Shown: piece by piece, positions 1 through 8,827 of the stretch
How the letters are laid out: every line of letters starts with the position of its first letter
Position numbering within the stretch: position 1 is the first letter of the stretch
Assembly: GCA_046497275.1 (NCBI GenBank)
Contig: JAWOFX010000061.1
Coordinates: 1 to 32,000 of the forward strand
Length of the DNA: 32,000 nt
From: Promethearchaeia archaeon
GTDB lineage: Archaea; Asgardarchaeota; Lokiarchaeia; Sigyniarchaeales; SOKP01
Reading direction: 5' to 3'
Position numbers and translations under genes: made by a program
Notes under the pieces: generated by a model
Database searches by the model: none
Told to the model about the DNA's origin: nothing
What the model saw: only the letters and a program-made list of their open reading frames with translations

Positions 1-317
1 TCAATATAATTAATTTCTGGGATTATAGCTTTTTCTTTTTCTATTAATCCTGGTGATGTTTCGTATTTTTGGATAGGTTTTAAGAATTGACTATACATAT
101 CTATGTGTTGCGGATAATTAATAACTTCAACACCTGCATCGACTTTCATTCTAAAAGAAGATATTATGGGATTAATTACATTATTCTGAATTCCCCTATG
201 AGATTGGATATCAATATTATTTAAGATAGCAGAATAAGCACTCCAATAGGAATTTTCAAAGATTTCTCTGTTTATGTTTACAGGTAGTGGGAAACTTCCA
301 ACATCATCAAATAGCAG
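1..317 (-). CDS. Partial (3' end runs off window) cobalamin-independent methionine synthase (MetE C-terminal)-like family protein; probable CTG start
   Basis: Missing from the ORF track. Manual translation gives LLFDDVGSFPLPVNINREIFENSYWSAY...FRMKVDAGVEVINYPQHIDMYSQFLKPI, with the N-terminal VGSFP and DAG-x-x-x-x-NYPQ motifs of MetE-like archaeal proteins. An AAGGTGAT SD lies 7 nt upstream of CTG at 317-315, with an in-frame stop just upstream. Confidence 0.6.
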   Translation of the reverse strand, partial: MLFDDVGSFPLPVNINREIFENSYWSAYSAILNNIDIQSHRGIQNNVINPIISSFRMKVDAGVEVINYPQHIDMYSQFLKPIQKYETSPGLIEKEKAIIPEINYI

Positions 318-543
318 AAATTATATCACCTTATATATAAAATAAATTAATTGAATACTATTTTTAAGATTCATGAATTAATAAGATTTTTTACATTTAC
401 TTTTACATTCGTTTTCTTATAATTTTTTATAAAGTATTTGAAATATTTCGGGTTATTCCATATAGAACTCCATTTAATGAAGGAATTAGGCTAAGGAGAG
501 GAATCAAACTTTATGATTTGAAAACTAAATAAATCAAAAATTA

Positions 544-1884
544 TCATGAAATTTCGGGGATCAAAATAATAAACTTACTTCCTTTTTTATAGTCCCCTTT
601 AACTCGGTCTTCAACCCATATCTTTCCGTTGAATATCGTGATTATTTTATATACTAGTGATAGTCCTAAACCTAAACCTTTTTGATCAGTTTCTGAATTA
701 AAAGCTCTGGAAAATATCGAATTTTTCCGAAGATCTTCAATTCCTTTCGCATTATCTATAATTTCTATTTTATTATAAGCTTGACCATCTTTAAACGTTC
801 TTCCAACTTTTATAATAATCTCGATTTCGGGACTGGTATTATGTTTAATGGAATTATTTAATAAATTTTCGAATACTTCTCGTATTAATTCATTCGCTTT
901 AATGTAAATTTTATTGAAATCACTTTCTAATTGGATATCAATTTTTCTACTTATATTAAGATTTTTAATTCTTTCTATTGTTCTCCTTATTATTTCTAAA
1001 ATTTCTATTTTTTCAAAGATGATCTCTTGTTCCTTGATTTTTGAAAGTTTTTGCAAATTCTTTACCAAATTAGATCCTCTATGTACTTGATTTTCAATTA
1101 GTTTAAAATATTCTAATTCTTTATCTTCATATTTGCCTTTTTTATCTACTAGAAGAACTTGAATCGCAAATAAGATTACTTGGAGCATGTTATTAATATC
1201 GTGGATGAAAAGATCTTTATAAAATTCTGCACGATTAAAAGATGCTAGGAATTTTTTTTCGGTTTTTTTCATTCTATCTTCGATAGGAGCTGATAATCCA
1301 GTACATAAAAGAGTTGAATAGAGCATAATTTTCATAATATATGCCAATTCCCACGATCCGACTATACCTATATTTTGAAAAACTGAGAATAAAAGAGTAC
1401 AAAAAGAATAATTTACTGTAAATAACATAAAAATATGAGTTATAGATTTCTCCTTATTATACAGTTTCATCATAACGCAAATTATAATTATTAAAAAGGT
1501 CATAAGTGAGGATTGAATTAGGTTTATTAGAGAATTTTGAAGGAATAATAATATAGTTGCCACAAGAATTACTGAGCTAATGATAATAGAGATGATGTAA
1601 TATTTTGATTTAATATTTTGATTTGAAATTACTTTTTGAAAATATTCTGATAAAATTGAAGAACCTAAGAGAATTGCGGTCAAAAAATAAAATATATTTC
1701 CAATCATGCGAAAATCAGGATTAATATGGCGAAACATAAAAGTAACCGAAGCCACTCCCAATGATATAGATGCAATTATCCAAAATTTAGGATAAGCACG
1801 CTTTTTATACATGATAATTAGGGTGAAAATAGTTACAAATGAGTAAACTGCTAGTATTAGATCAAGAAAATTTTCCTCAAGCAT
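544..1884 (-). CDS. Membrane-bound sensor histidine kinase (about 7 TM, HisKA-like plus HATPase_c)
   Basis: Hydrophobic N-terminal half, H-box FIHDINNMLQ, N-box VFENLLNNSIKH, G1 IIDNAKGI, G2 GLGLGLSLV. No response regulator in the window. Confidence 0.93.
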   Translation of the reverse strand: MLEENFLDLILAVYSFVTIFTLIIMYKKRAYPKFWIIASISLGVASVTFMFRHINPDFRMIGNIFYFLTAILLGSSILSEYFQKVISNQNIKSKYYIISIIISSVILVATILLFLQNSLINLIQSSLMTFLIIIICVMMKLYNKEKSITHIFMLFTVNYSFCTLLFSVFQNIGIVGSWELAYIMKIMLYSTLLCTGLSAPIEDRMKKTEKKFLASFNRAEFYKDLFIHDINNMLQVILFAIQVLLVDKKGKYEDKELEYFKLIENQVHRGSNLVKNLQKLSKIKEQEIIFEKIEILEIIRRTIERIKNLNISRKIDIQLESDFNKIYIKANELIREVFENLLNNSIKHNTSPEIEIIIKVGRTFKDGQAYNKIEIIDNAKGIEDLRKNSIFSRAFNSETDQKGLGLGLSLVYKIITIFNGKIWVEDRVKGDYKKGSKFIILIPEIS

Positions 1885-2052
1885 TATTAATCCCTATTAT
1901 TGCACTATTTTCAAAATATAAGAACAAAATTTGTATTTAAAAATATATAGATTTACAAAAAATAGGACTGAAACATATTGTATGAATTTTTATTCATACT
2001 TTAAATAGAATAAATACAAATCTATATTATTGCTTTTTGGAGTTAATTTGCT

Positions 2053-2895
2053 ATGGAAAAACGATTTAAAATATCATTGATAATATCAATAATTTATATC
2101 ATAATTATTCTATTTCTTCAATTTGGACTTCCCCTAATAACTGGAGGAGGTTTGAGTGGTGATATTATTCCTATAATACCAGGAGGTGCAATTACTGATC
2201 TATTGATATCAATATCGATTCCTTACATTTCGATGTTAATTGTACTCTTTATTGGACCAACTTTAGGATTAATTTTTGTATATTTTCATAGATTAATGAG
2301 ACTAAACAAGTATGATTACTTTAAGATTTCTTTTAATAAGAAAATGCCCGCGAGTAGAATATTATTACGTGTAATATTTCCAGGATTGCTCGCAGTTAAT
2401 ATTGCCATCTATTTAAGTTTATATGGAACATTTAATCCACTTTTTGCTGAAGATGGAGGAAACCCTCAGAATTTACCTATAGTGATTGAATGGATTTCGA
2501 TAATTATTGGAGCTCCTATCGCATCTTTGGTCATATTACCTCTTTGGATGTTAGAATCATCTGGTTTAATGTGTAGAAAAAAAATTGAGTTATATAACCG
2601 ACCTGTTAGCCCTGATATAGAAAGTGTTGGAAAATTTTATAGTAAATTATTGAAAGGTTTTGTTGGGATCTCCACAGTGACCACATATGGATTGATCTTG
2701 TTTGAGTTTTTTACTACTACAGCCGAATTCTTCACCATTTTCATAGTTTTTATCGATCCTGTCGTAATCATATTTGCTTTTACACCAATTTCTCTATTCG
2801 TGGAATTAAGATCTCCTAAGATAAATGAGCGTATGAATTCACATTATGAAAAATTAAATATCGATATCACACCAAAAGAGATTAAAATAGAATAA
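2053..2895 (+). CDS. Hypothetical multi-pass membrane protein
   Basis: 280-aa ORF with about 6 hydrophobic segments and host-like codon usage; no family recognised. Confidence 0.75.
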   Translation: MEKRFKISLIISIIYIIIILFLQFGLPLITGGGLSGDIIPIIPGGAITDLLISISIPYISMLIVLFIGPTLGLIFVYFHRLMRLNKYDYFKISFNKKMPASRILLRVIFPGLLAVNIAIYLSLYGTFNPLFAEDGGNPQNLPIVIEWISIIIGAPIASLVILPLWMLESSGLMCRKKIELYNRPVSPDIESVGKFYSKLLKGFVGISTVTTYGLILFEFFTTTAEFFTIFIVFIDPVVIIFAFTPISLFVELRSPKINERMNSHYEKLNIDITPKEIKIE

Positions 2896-2945
2896 CTAAT
2901 TTTTTTCTTCTTTTAGGACTTTAATTAAAAAAAAATAACTAAATA

Positions 2946-2962
2946 CTTGAGTTACTTAGTTA
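2946..2962 (+). repeat. Left terminal inverted repeat of IS (preceded by TSD AAATA at 2941-2945)
   Basis: CTTGAGTTACTTAGTTA, 16/17 match to the reverse complement of 4984-5000. Confidence 0.9.
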
Positions 2963-3217
2963 CTATTTTTTATCCTATTTTAAATCCATCACTTATCCCT
3001 TGAGAGCCGACAATAGCGGGTGATTGACAAAATGATCCCGACATAATTTTATTATTAATCTTCTTATTCGGGGTTGTTCTTTCTTAAAAATTCGATCCTA
3101 TTTTCGTTCGGATCCTGTCGTGATCCCCTACCGATATGGGAATATTCCGTTAGTAAAAAAGGCATTAAGTCAGTCTGACCGAGAGACTTAAATACATGTG
3201 ATCCCTATATTTATATA

Positions 3218-4873
3218 ATGGTACATTTAGCAAAAAAGAAGAAAAAAGGAAAAGTTTATCTCTATTTACAAGAAACGGGGAGGATAAACGGTAAATCTCG
3301 AAGGCTTTGGCAGATTTATTTGGGTCCAGAGCATCGATTTAAAGAACAATCCCAGATGATCACGATCCCCGATGTCACAACGGAAACAATAGAATTTGGA
3401 CTGATAGCTGCCCTTCTGAAGACTGCTCGAAAACTGGGGCTCGTTGAGATCATCGATAAATTCACGGAAAAACGAAACCAAGGATTGAGCGTGGGTGAAC
3501 ACATGCTCATTGCCGCGATTAACCGCTGTGTGGAGCCCGTATCCAAGACCCAATTAAAGAAGTGGGTTGACTCAACTATATTACGATCACTCTACCCTGA
3601 CCCCGGCTCCGCTCTTGACTCACGGGCCTATTGGACCCATTCACGTTATTTAAGCGAGGAGAATATCGAAAAAATCGGGAGGGAACTCGCTCGAGCTGCC
3701 ATGGAGCGCTTCAATGTGTCTTTTGAGGATCTTTTATTTGATCCCACCAACTTTTTCACCTATATTAACCCCAAACACCCCAATCAAACGATACCCCGAC
3801 ACGGGTATTCAAAAGAGGGGCGTCATACGCTTAATCTCGTCAATCTTTCCTTATTTTGTGCCCTCGACGGCGGGGTTCCATTTCTTCACTTAATTTATCC
3901 GGGAAATGTGAACGACTCCACCCATTTTAAGAGGGCTTTAAAGAAGCTTCAGAAGCGCGTGAAAAAGTTAGGGATCTCTCAGTCTAAAATTACGCTCACT
4001 TTTGATAAAGGAAACCTCTCGAAAGAGGCGTTTACATTTATCGATGAGGAGGGTTTTGAATATATTGCCTCAATACGCCCTTCCACTCAAAAAGATATTC
4101 TCGGCATCCCTCCCGAGGAATTTTGTGTGAAAACGCTTCCTAACGGGAAGAAAATCGGGCTTAAGGAATTTACACGCAAGATATATGGGAAAGAGCGTCG
4201 ACTCATCGGAGGATACAATCCAAATCGGGCTAAGATGGCAGCAAAAAATTTTGAAGAGAAATTGGACAAAAAGATCGAGAAGATCGAGAATTTTTTTAAG
4301 GAACGGCTCAATACGCCCCGCTGGTCCGAACAAACGCAAATACGTGAGAAATGCCACAAAATATTAGGATCAACGCGATTTAAGAAGGCAGTAAGAATCG
4401 AATTTAGCGATAAGGAAGGAACGTTATCTCTTTCGATCTCGAAAGACAATGAGAAGATCCAAGAATACCTCCACACGTTAGGGAAATCGTTTTTGATGAC
4501 GAATCGCACCGATCTTACCCCTTTGGAAATAGTGTGGTCATATCGGCAACAATACCTCGTAGAACACGCCTTTAAGCTCTTAAAGAACCCCGCTTTCTTA
4601 AGTATCCGCCCGATGTATGCCCATACAGACCCCAGTATAAGGGCGCATTGCTTTATTTGCTTTATCGCTTTACTGTTATTATCTTTATTGGTTCGCGATG
4701 TAATTCAATATAAGATCCCCATGAGCATTCCCAAAATTATTGGGCTTTTGGAAAAAATCCGCATCACACGGATTCATATTCCTGGCAAGAAACGACCTAT
4801 AGAGAAAGTCGATATAGTGAAAAAAGAAGCACGAAAAGTTTATAACGCCCTTAACTTAGAGGAATTTCTCTAA
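3218..4873 (+). CDS. IS1634-family DDE transposase
   Basis: N-terminal KKKKKGKVYLYLQETGRINGKSR typical of IS1634. Catalytic-like LLFDPTNF, LTFDKGN and QQYLVEHAFKLLK motifs, C-terminal RAHCFICFIALLL. Intact 551 aa. Confidence 0.92.
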   Translation: MVHLAKKKKKGKVYLYLQETGRINGKSRRLWQIYLGPEHRFKEQSQMITIPDVTTETIEFGLIAALLKTARKLGLVEIIDKFTEKRNQGLSVGEHMLIAAINRCVEPVSKTQLKKWVDSTILRSLYPDPGSALDSRAYWTHSRYLSEENIEKIGRELARAAMERFNVSFEDLLFDPTNFFTYINPKHPNQTIPRHGYSKEGRHTLNLVNLSLFCALDGGVPFLHLIYPGNVNDSTHFKRALKKLQKRVKKLGISQSKITLTFDKGNLSKEAFTFIDEEGFEYIASIRPSTQKDILGIPPEEFCVKTLPNGKKIGLKEFTRKIYGKERRLIGGYNPNRAKMAAKNFEEKLDKKIEKIENFFKERLNTPRWSEQTQIREKCHKILGSTRFKKAVRIEFSDKEGTLSLSISKDNEKIQEYLHTLGKSFLMTNRTDLTPLEIVWSYRQQYLVEHAFKLLKNPAFLSIRPMYAHTDPSIRAHCFICFIALLLLSLLVRDVIQYKIPMSIPKIIGLLEKIRITRIHIPGKKRPIEKVDIVKKEARKVYNALNLEEFL

Positions 4874-4983
4874 ACCATATTATTTTTTAGTCTGTTTTTT
4901 TTATGTGATCCCCCCCATCTTTCATACTCTTCTTGTAGAGGGTTATTTAGCTATGAAAAATAAAAAGAATAATAATCAATTCA

Positions 4984-5000
4984 TAACTTAGTAACTCAAG
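4984..5000 (-). repeat. Right terminal inverted repeat of IS (followed by TSD AAATA at 5001-5005)
   Basis: TAACTTAGTAACTCAAG, inverse of the left end. Confidence 0.9.
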
Positions 5001-5167
5001 AAATAAGATATATTGAAGGTTAATTTTCATATCCAAAAGATAGAGAGATTCAGATGAGAAATTATAAATTCATCTAAGATTTTAATGAGTAAAAACAAAG
5101 CGTTTTTAAAAATCTGAAAATTCAGGATTATTCCTCCATGGCAATTTCTAAAAACAAATTTTTATTG

Positions 5168-5194
5168 TAAGACTATTTAATAAAATTAGTCTTA
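5168..5194. promoter_or_regulatory. Possible operator: 8-bp inverted repeat upstream of the ABC operon
   Basis: TAAGACTA-N11-TAGTCTTA, a perfect dyad 64 nt before the first permease start. Function is inferred only. Confidence 0.3.
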
Positions 5195-5258
5195 ATGGAA
5201 TATTTTTGAAAAAAGAAATTTTATAAAAATAGATTCTTATAATAATTTTAAATTTATT

Positions 5259-6413
5259 ATGCAATTATCAGGTCTTATTAGAAAAGAGTTCGGGAGGATT
5301 CGGAGTGATAAACGCACGCTTATTTTATTATTTGCAATCCCACTTATCTTGATAATTGTGTTTGGATTAACGTCTGGGGGAGGTCCTACGCAGTTCTTTA
5401 ATGTTTCTATAATTTCTAAAGATAGTATGCCTACTTATGGAGATTTTCCCAATAATTCTTCTACATATGAACAAGATTTTATCTCCGTATTTGAAGGAAA
5501 TTTATCTTCCTTTGGATTTAAAGGATATGTAAATGTAACTTCAGAAGTAGAATATGAAGAAGCTAAGAATGTCTATATCGATTGGTTAAAGAACGATATA
5601 ATTGATATGTTTTTAGTGCTTCCTGAAAATTTTTCTGAGACAATTGAAAATAATACAGATATTTCTATCATTTATTATATTGATGCATCAAATACCGCAT
5701 CTGTGAGTGCTATTAATGTTACTATGTTGGAACCCATAGCTCAATTTAGAATTAAAATAGGTAAAACTGCAAACTTTACATATATAATTCCCTACTTAGA
5801 ATTCGAAGTGCCATTCTGGGAATCTCAGATTCTGAATTATGCTTTTGCTCTGACTATTCCTCTAATAATTATTGGAACTACTATGAATTTATCCTGTTTA
5901 TCTATTGTATCAGAAGGGCCATTACCTCGTATGCTGATTACACCCACCTCCAAACGATCGATCATCTTAAGTAAACTTATAGCAAATTCAGCAATAATGG
6001 CAATCCAAGTGGCTGAGATTTTTATTGCTACGGCAATATTTGGTCTATATAGTCTCGGTTCATTATTTGATTTATTTCTTGTCCTTCTTGCTGTTGGATT
6101 TTGTGGAGTATCAATAGGATTATTTATATCCTCAATAAGTGGGACAGATCAGCAAGCAAATCAGTTGTATATGGTATTTTTTATAGTAATATTGATGTTT
6201 TCGGGAACGTTCATTAGTTCTGAGAATTTACCTGGATTTATGCAAGCTATTATTTATTCATTTCCATTATATCATGCTATTCCTTTAGTTTTAAATATTA
6301 CCTTTAAGGGTTTACCATTAGATATATTCTCACTATTTAATTTATTATTAATTTCATTTGTATATATTGGATTAGCATATATTGCATATATGTTTAAAAA
6401 GGTGGAGGTCTAA
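5259..6413 (+). CDS. ABC-2 type transporter permease
   Basis: N-terminal KEFGRIRSDKRTLILLFAIP TM, extracytoplasmic domain with N-glycosylation sequons, then about 5 C-terminal TMs and the SENLPGFMQAIIYSFPLYHA motif. Confidence 0.92.
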   Translation: MQLSGLIRKEFGRIRSDKRTLILLFAIPLILIIVFGLTSGGGPTQFFNVSIISKDSMPTYGDFPNNSSTYEQDFISVFEGNLSSFGFKGYVNVTSEVEYEEAKNVYIDWLKNDIIDMFLVLPENFSETIENNTDISIIYYIDASNTASVSAINVTMLEPIAQFRIKIGKTANFTYIIPYLEFEVPFWESQILNYAFALTIPLIIIGTTMNLSCLSIVSEGPLPRMLITPTSKRSIILSKLIANSAIMAIQVAEIFIATAIFGLYSLGSLFDLFLVLLAVGFCGVSIGLFISSISGTDQQANQLYMVFFIVILMFSGTFISSENLPGFMQAIIYSFPLYHAIPLVLNITFKGLPLDIFSLFNLLLISFVYIGLAYIAYMFKKVEV

Positions 6414-7642
6414 TGGCTAAAAATAATAATTCACATAAAAGAAAATCTCTTAAAAGTGGTATTAGAGGATTTAAGAGAAGCCTCTTTCGCCTAATTAAAC
6501 AAGTTAAAAAAGAATTTAGACTTTTAAGAACTGATCCTTGGAATTTAGTAATAGCATTATTATTACCTCCAGGCATAATCATGTTATTTTCTTTTATGAA
6601 TCAAGAATCAGGAGCCCCTGCTGCATTCCCAGTTGTTGTTGTTTCCAATGATTCAAATACTTTTGTAAATCCCAATAATTATACAGAAACCACATGGGAT
6701 AATTACACTCTTTCTTATGTTGATTCTGTAAATAAAACAAACTCTTTAGATTTAATAGCCTTTTATAACACGACTAAAGAAGAGGAAATGTACGCGATGG
6801 AGGTTGCTAGAAATCTTTTATTAAATGGGGAAATTCGTTGCATCATTGTTGTTCCATTAGAATTTAGTGAAATGTTAGAGTTTGGATTACCTGCAATGAT
6901 TGAATGTATTCCAGACTCATCCAGGATAGCTGAGATTCAGAATTTGCTAAATTCGGTTTATGATTCTATTGCAATGTTTAGACAAGCTAATAATTTAACG
7001 CCCCAAATTATCCTTGAAGCAAATGAAGAATTCTCAATACCTTCTAATTTTAATGCAAAATTAAATTCAAGTTTAGTTATGATTTTACCTTTAATGATAT
7101 TTGGTATCGCATGTGTTTTGACAATTTTAGTTATAGTTAAAGAAAAACCAATAGCCCGACTATTGCTGACACCTGTAAAACGAGCGGAGGTTCTTTTATC
7201 GAAATATATCACCTATTCGGTTGTTTTATTGATACAGAATCTGCTTATAATCATAGCCTCCATTCTTGGTGGACTCTATCTAAGAGGATCCTTGTTTGAC
7301 TTCTTTATCTCAGTATATATTATAGGATATACGGGAGTTAGTCTTGGATTATTTATTAGTTCTCTTAGTAAGTCAAAAACTGAAGCAAATCAATTGTTTT
7401 TCGCTTTCTTTGTGATTATTATACTTTTGAGTGGTATATTTGTGCCACTTGGAAATATGCCTACTTATTTACAATTCTTTGCTAATATTCTGCCACTTTC
7501 CCATGGAAGTCCGATGGTTAGTGCGATCTTAGTAAAAGGTAAGTCCGTTTTCGGATTCCATTTCTTAAGTTTATTAAGTTTAAGTATAGTTCTCAATATA
7601 TTAACATTTATAATTTTTTACAAACGGAGGTATGAGGTTTAA
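6413..7642 (+). CDS. ABC-2 type transporter permease
   Basis: KKEFRLLRTDPWNLVIALLLPP, LLLTPVKRAEVLLSK, LSGIFVPLGNMPTYLQFFANILPLSH. Start overlaps the upstream stop (TAATG). Confidence 0.92.
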   Translation: MAKNNNSHKRKSLKSGIRGFKRSLFRLIKQVKKEFRLLRTDPWNLVIALLLPPGIIMLFSFMNQESGAPAAFPVVVVSNDSNTFVNPNNYTETTWDNYTLSYVDSVNKTNSLDLIAFYNTTKEEEMYAMEVARNLLLNGEIRCIIVVPLEFSEMLEFGLPAMIECIPDSSRIAEIQNLLNSVYDSIAMFRQANNLTPQIILEANEEFSIPSNFNAKLNSSLVMILPLMIFGIACVLTILVIVKEKPIARLLLTPVKRAEVLLSKYITYSVVLLIQNLLIIIASILGGLYLRGSLFDFFISVYIIGYTGVSLGLFISSLSKSKTEANQLFFAFFVIIILLSGIFVPLGNMPTYLQFFANILPLSHGSPMVSAILVKGKSVFGFHFLSLLSLSIVLNILTFIIFYKRRYEV

Positions 7643-7769
7643 TAAATTAAGATATAATTTGCTTTTAAGTTTAAATTTAGAATTAAATATTTAAAAAAAC
7701 ATATAAAAAAAATTTGATATAAATTAGTAAATATGATAAATTATTTGCATTTTGAGGAGGATATTGATT

Positions 7770-8827
7770 TTGAATCAAGTATCTGTTGATGTTAAGAATC
7801 TTAATGTGTTTTTTGGTGATTCTCAAATTATTCATGATGTATCTTTCAATGTTAAAGAAAAGGAACTAATTGGATTATTTGGAATATCTGGAGCTGGAAA
7901 GACAACTATAATTAGAGTTCTAACTTGTCAAATCAAGAAAAATAATTGGTCAGGTGATGTAATGGTCACTGGTCTTAATCCTGCTAAGAAGAGAAATCAC
8001 TCTGAGATATTGAGTAATATTGGTTATGTTCCACAGTTAGAATTACTAAATCTCTATTATGAACTTTCCCCACTCGTAAATGTGGAAATATTCGGATCAA
8101 ATTATGGGATGACAAAAGAGGAAGCAAGAAAACGTGCTAGAGATTTATTTTCTATACTTGATATTCCCGAAGATACATGGAAAAACCCACTAAAAAGTCT
8201 TAGCGGAGGGGAAAAAAAGAGAGTCTCAATGGCAATAGGGCTTATTCATAATCCGGGCGTCTTATTTTTAGATGAACCTACCACACAAATTAATTATCTC
8301 AATTAATTTGGATAAAAGGTGTAGACGCCAATAAAAGATATGATATCTTAAATTATCTTAAGAAACTTAACAAAAAACTGGGAACTACAATGTTTATTAT
8401 CACACATGACCTTGAAGCGGCTCTGGTATGTGATAAGACGGCCATATTAAGAGAGGGACAATTATTAGACTTTGACACACCTCAAAATTTAATTTCATCC
8501 CTACCTAGCAATGGCTTATTAGCTAGATTATCAATCGATAACCTTACGGGAGAGATCATTGATATTATAAAGGATTTCAAATATTGTGCGGAAGTTTCAC
8601 GAGTAGGGAATGATGTAGTTGAGATATTTTTAGAAGATTTTGAAGAACATCTCCTTCCGCTAATAGATTACTTACTAGAAAAAGAGATCAAGATTATTGC
8701 GATGAGTAGGGATGTCGCGAATTTTAGAAGGTATTTCCAAATTAGGATTAAAATCGAAGAAGATAAAGAAAAAAGACAATTAAGACAAAATAATTTGAAT
8801 ATTGATAAACTAGGTGAAAAAAAATAG
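7770..8827 (+). CDS. ABC transporter ATP-binding protein interrupted by a 32-nt insertion; join(7770..8284,8317..8827) gives 341 aa
   Basis: Track ORFs 7752-8306 and 8390-8827 are two halves of one ATPase. Walker A GISGAGKTT, signature LSGGEKKR and Walker B VLFLDEPTT precede the insert; GVDANKRYDIL...IITHD (D-loop and H-switch) follow it. GAGGAGG SD at 7754-7760 favours a TTG start at 7770. Confidence 0.88.
8285..8316 (+). other. 32-nt hairpin insertion, candidate bulge-helix-bulge (BHB) mRNA intron
   Basis: A-CAAATTAATT-ATCTC-AATTAATTTG-GATA-AA, containing a perfect 10-bp stem with a 5-nt loop. Removal gives ACC ACA GGT (T-T-G) in frame. The insertion is certain from the sequence; splicing is inferred. 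Confidence 0.6.

Larger units (their letters stand above)
2946..5000 (+). mobile_element. Complete IS1634-family insertion sequence (2055 bp)
   Basis: Ends CTTGAGTTACTTAGTTA (2946-2962) and reverse-complemented CTTGAGTTACTAAGTTA (4984-5000) match 16/17. Flanked by direct repeat AAATA (2941-2945, 5001-5005). Single DDE transposase; visibly more GC-rich than the flanks. Confidence 0.93.

Noticed and set aside
3266-4509. Several 60-140 aa ORFs overlapping the transposase
   Set aside because: Antisense or alternate-frame shadows of a GC-richer gene, with no recognisable motifs.
8286-8317. Insert as a MITE or transposon footprint
   Set aside because: No target-site duplication beyond a single shared A, no similarity to the IS1634 ends in this window, and no second copy seen here. 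It cannot be excluded genome-wide.
8390-8827. Track ORF treated as a separate 145-aa gene (and 7752-8306 as a complete 184-aa gene)
   Set aside because: They are the two halves of one ABC ATPase. The reading frame continues from GGT 8318 once the 32-nt insert is removed.
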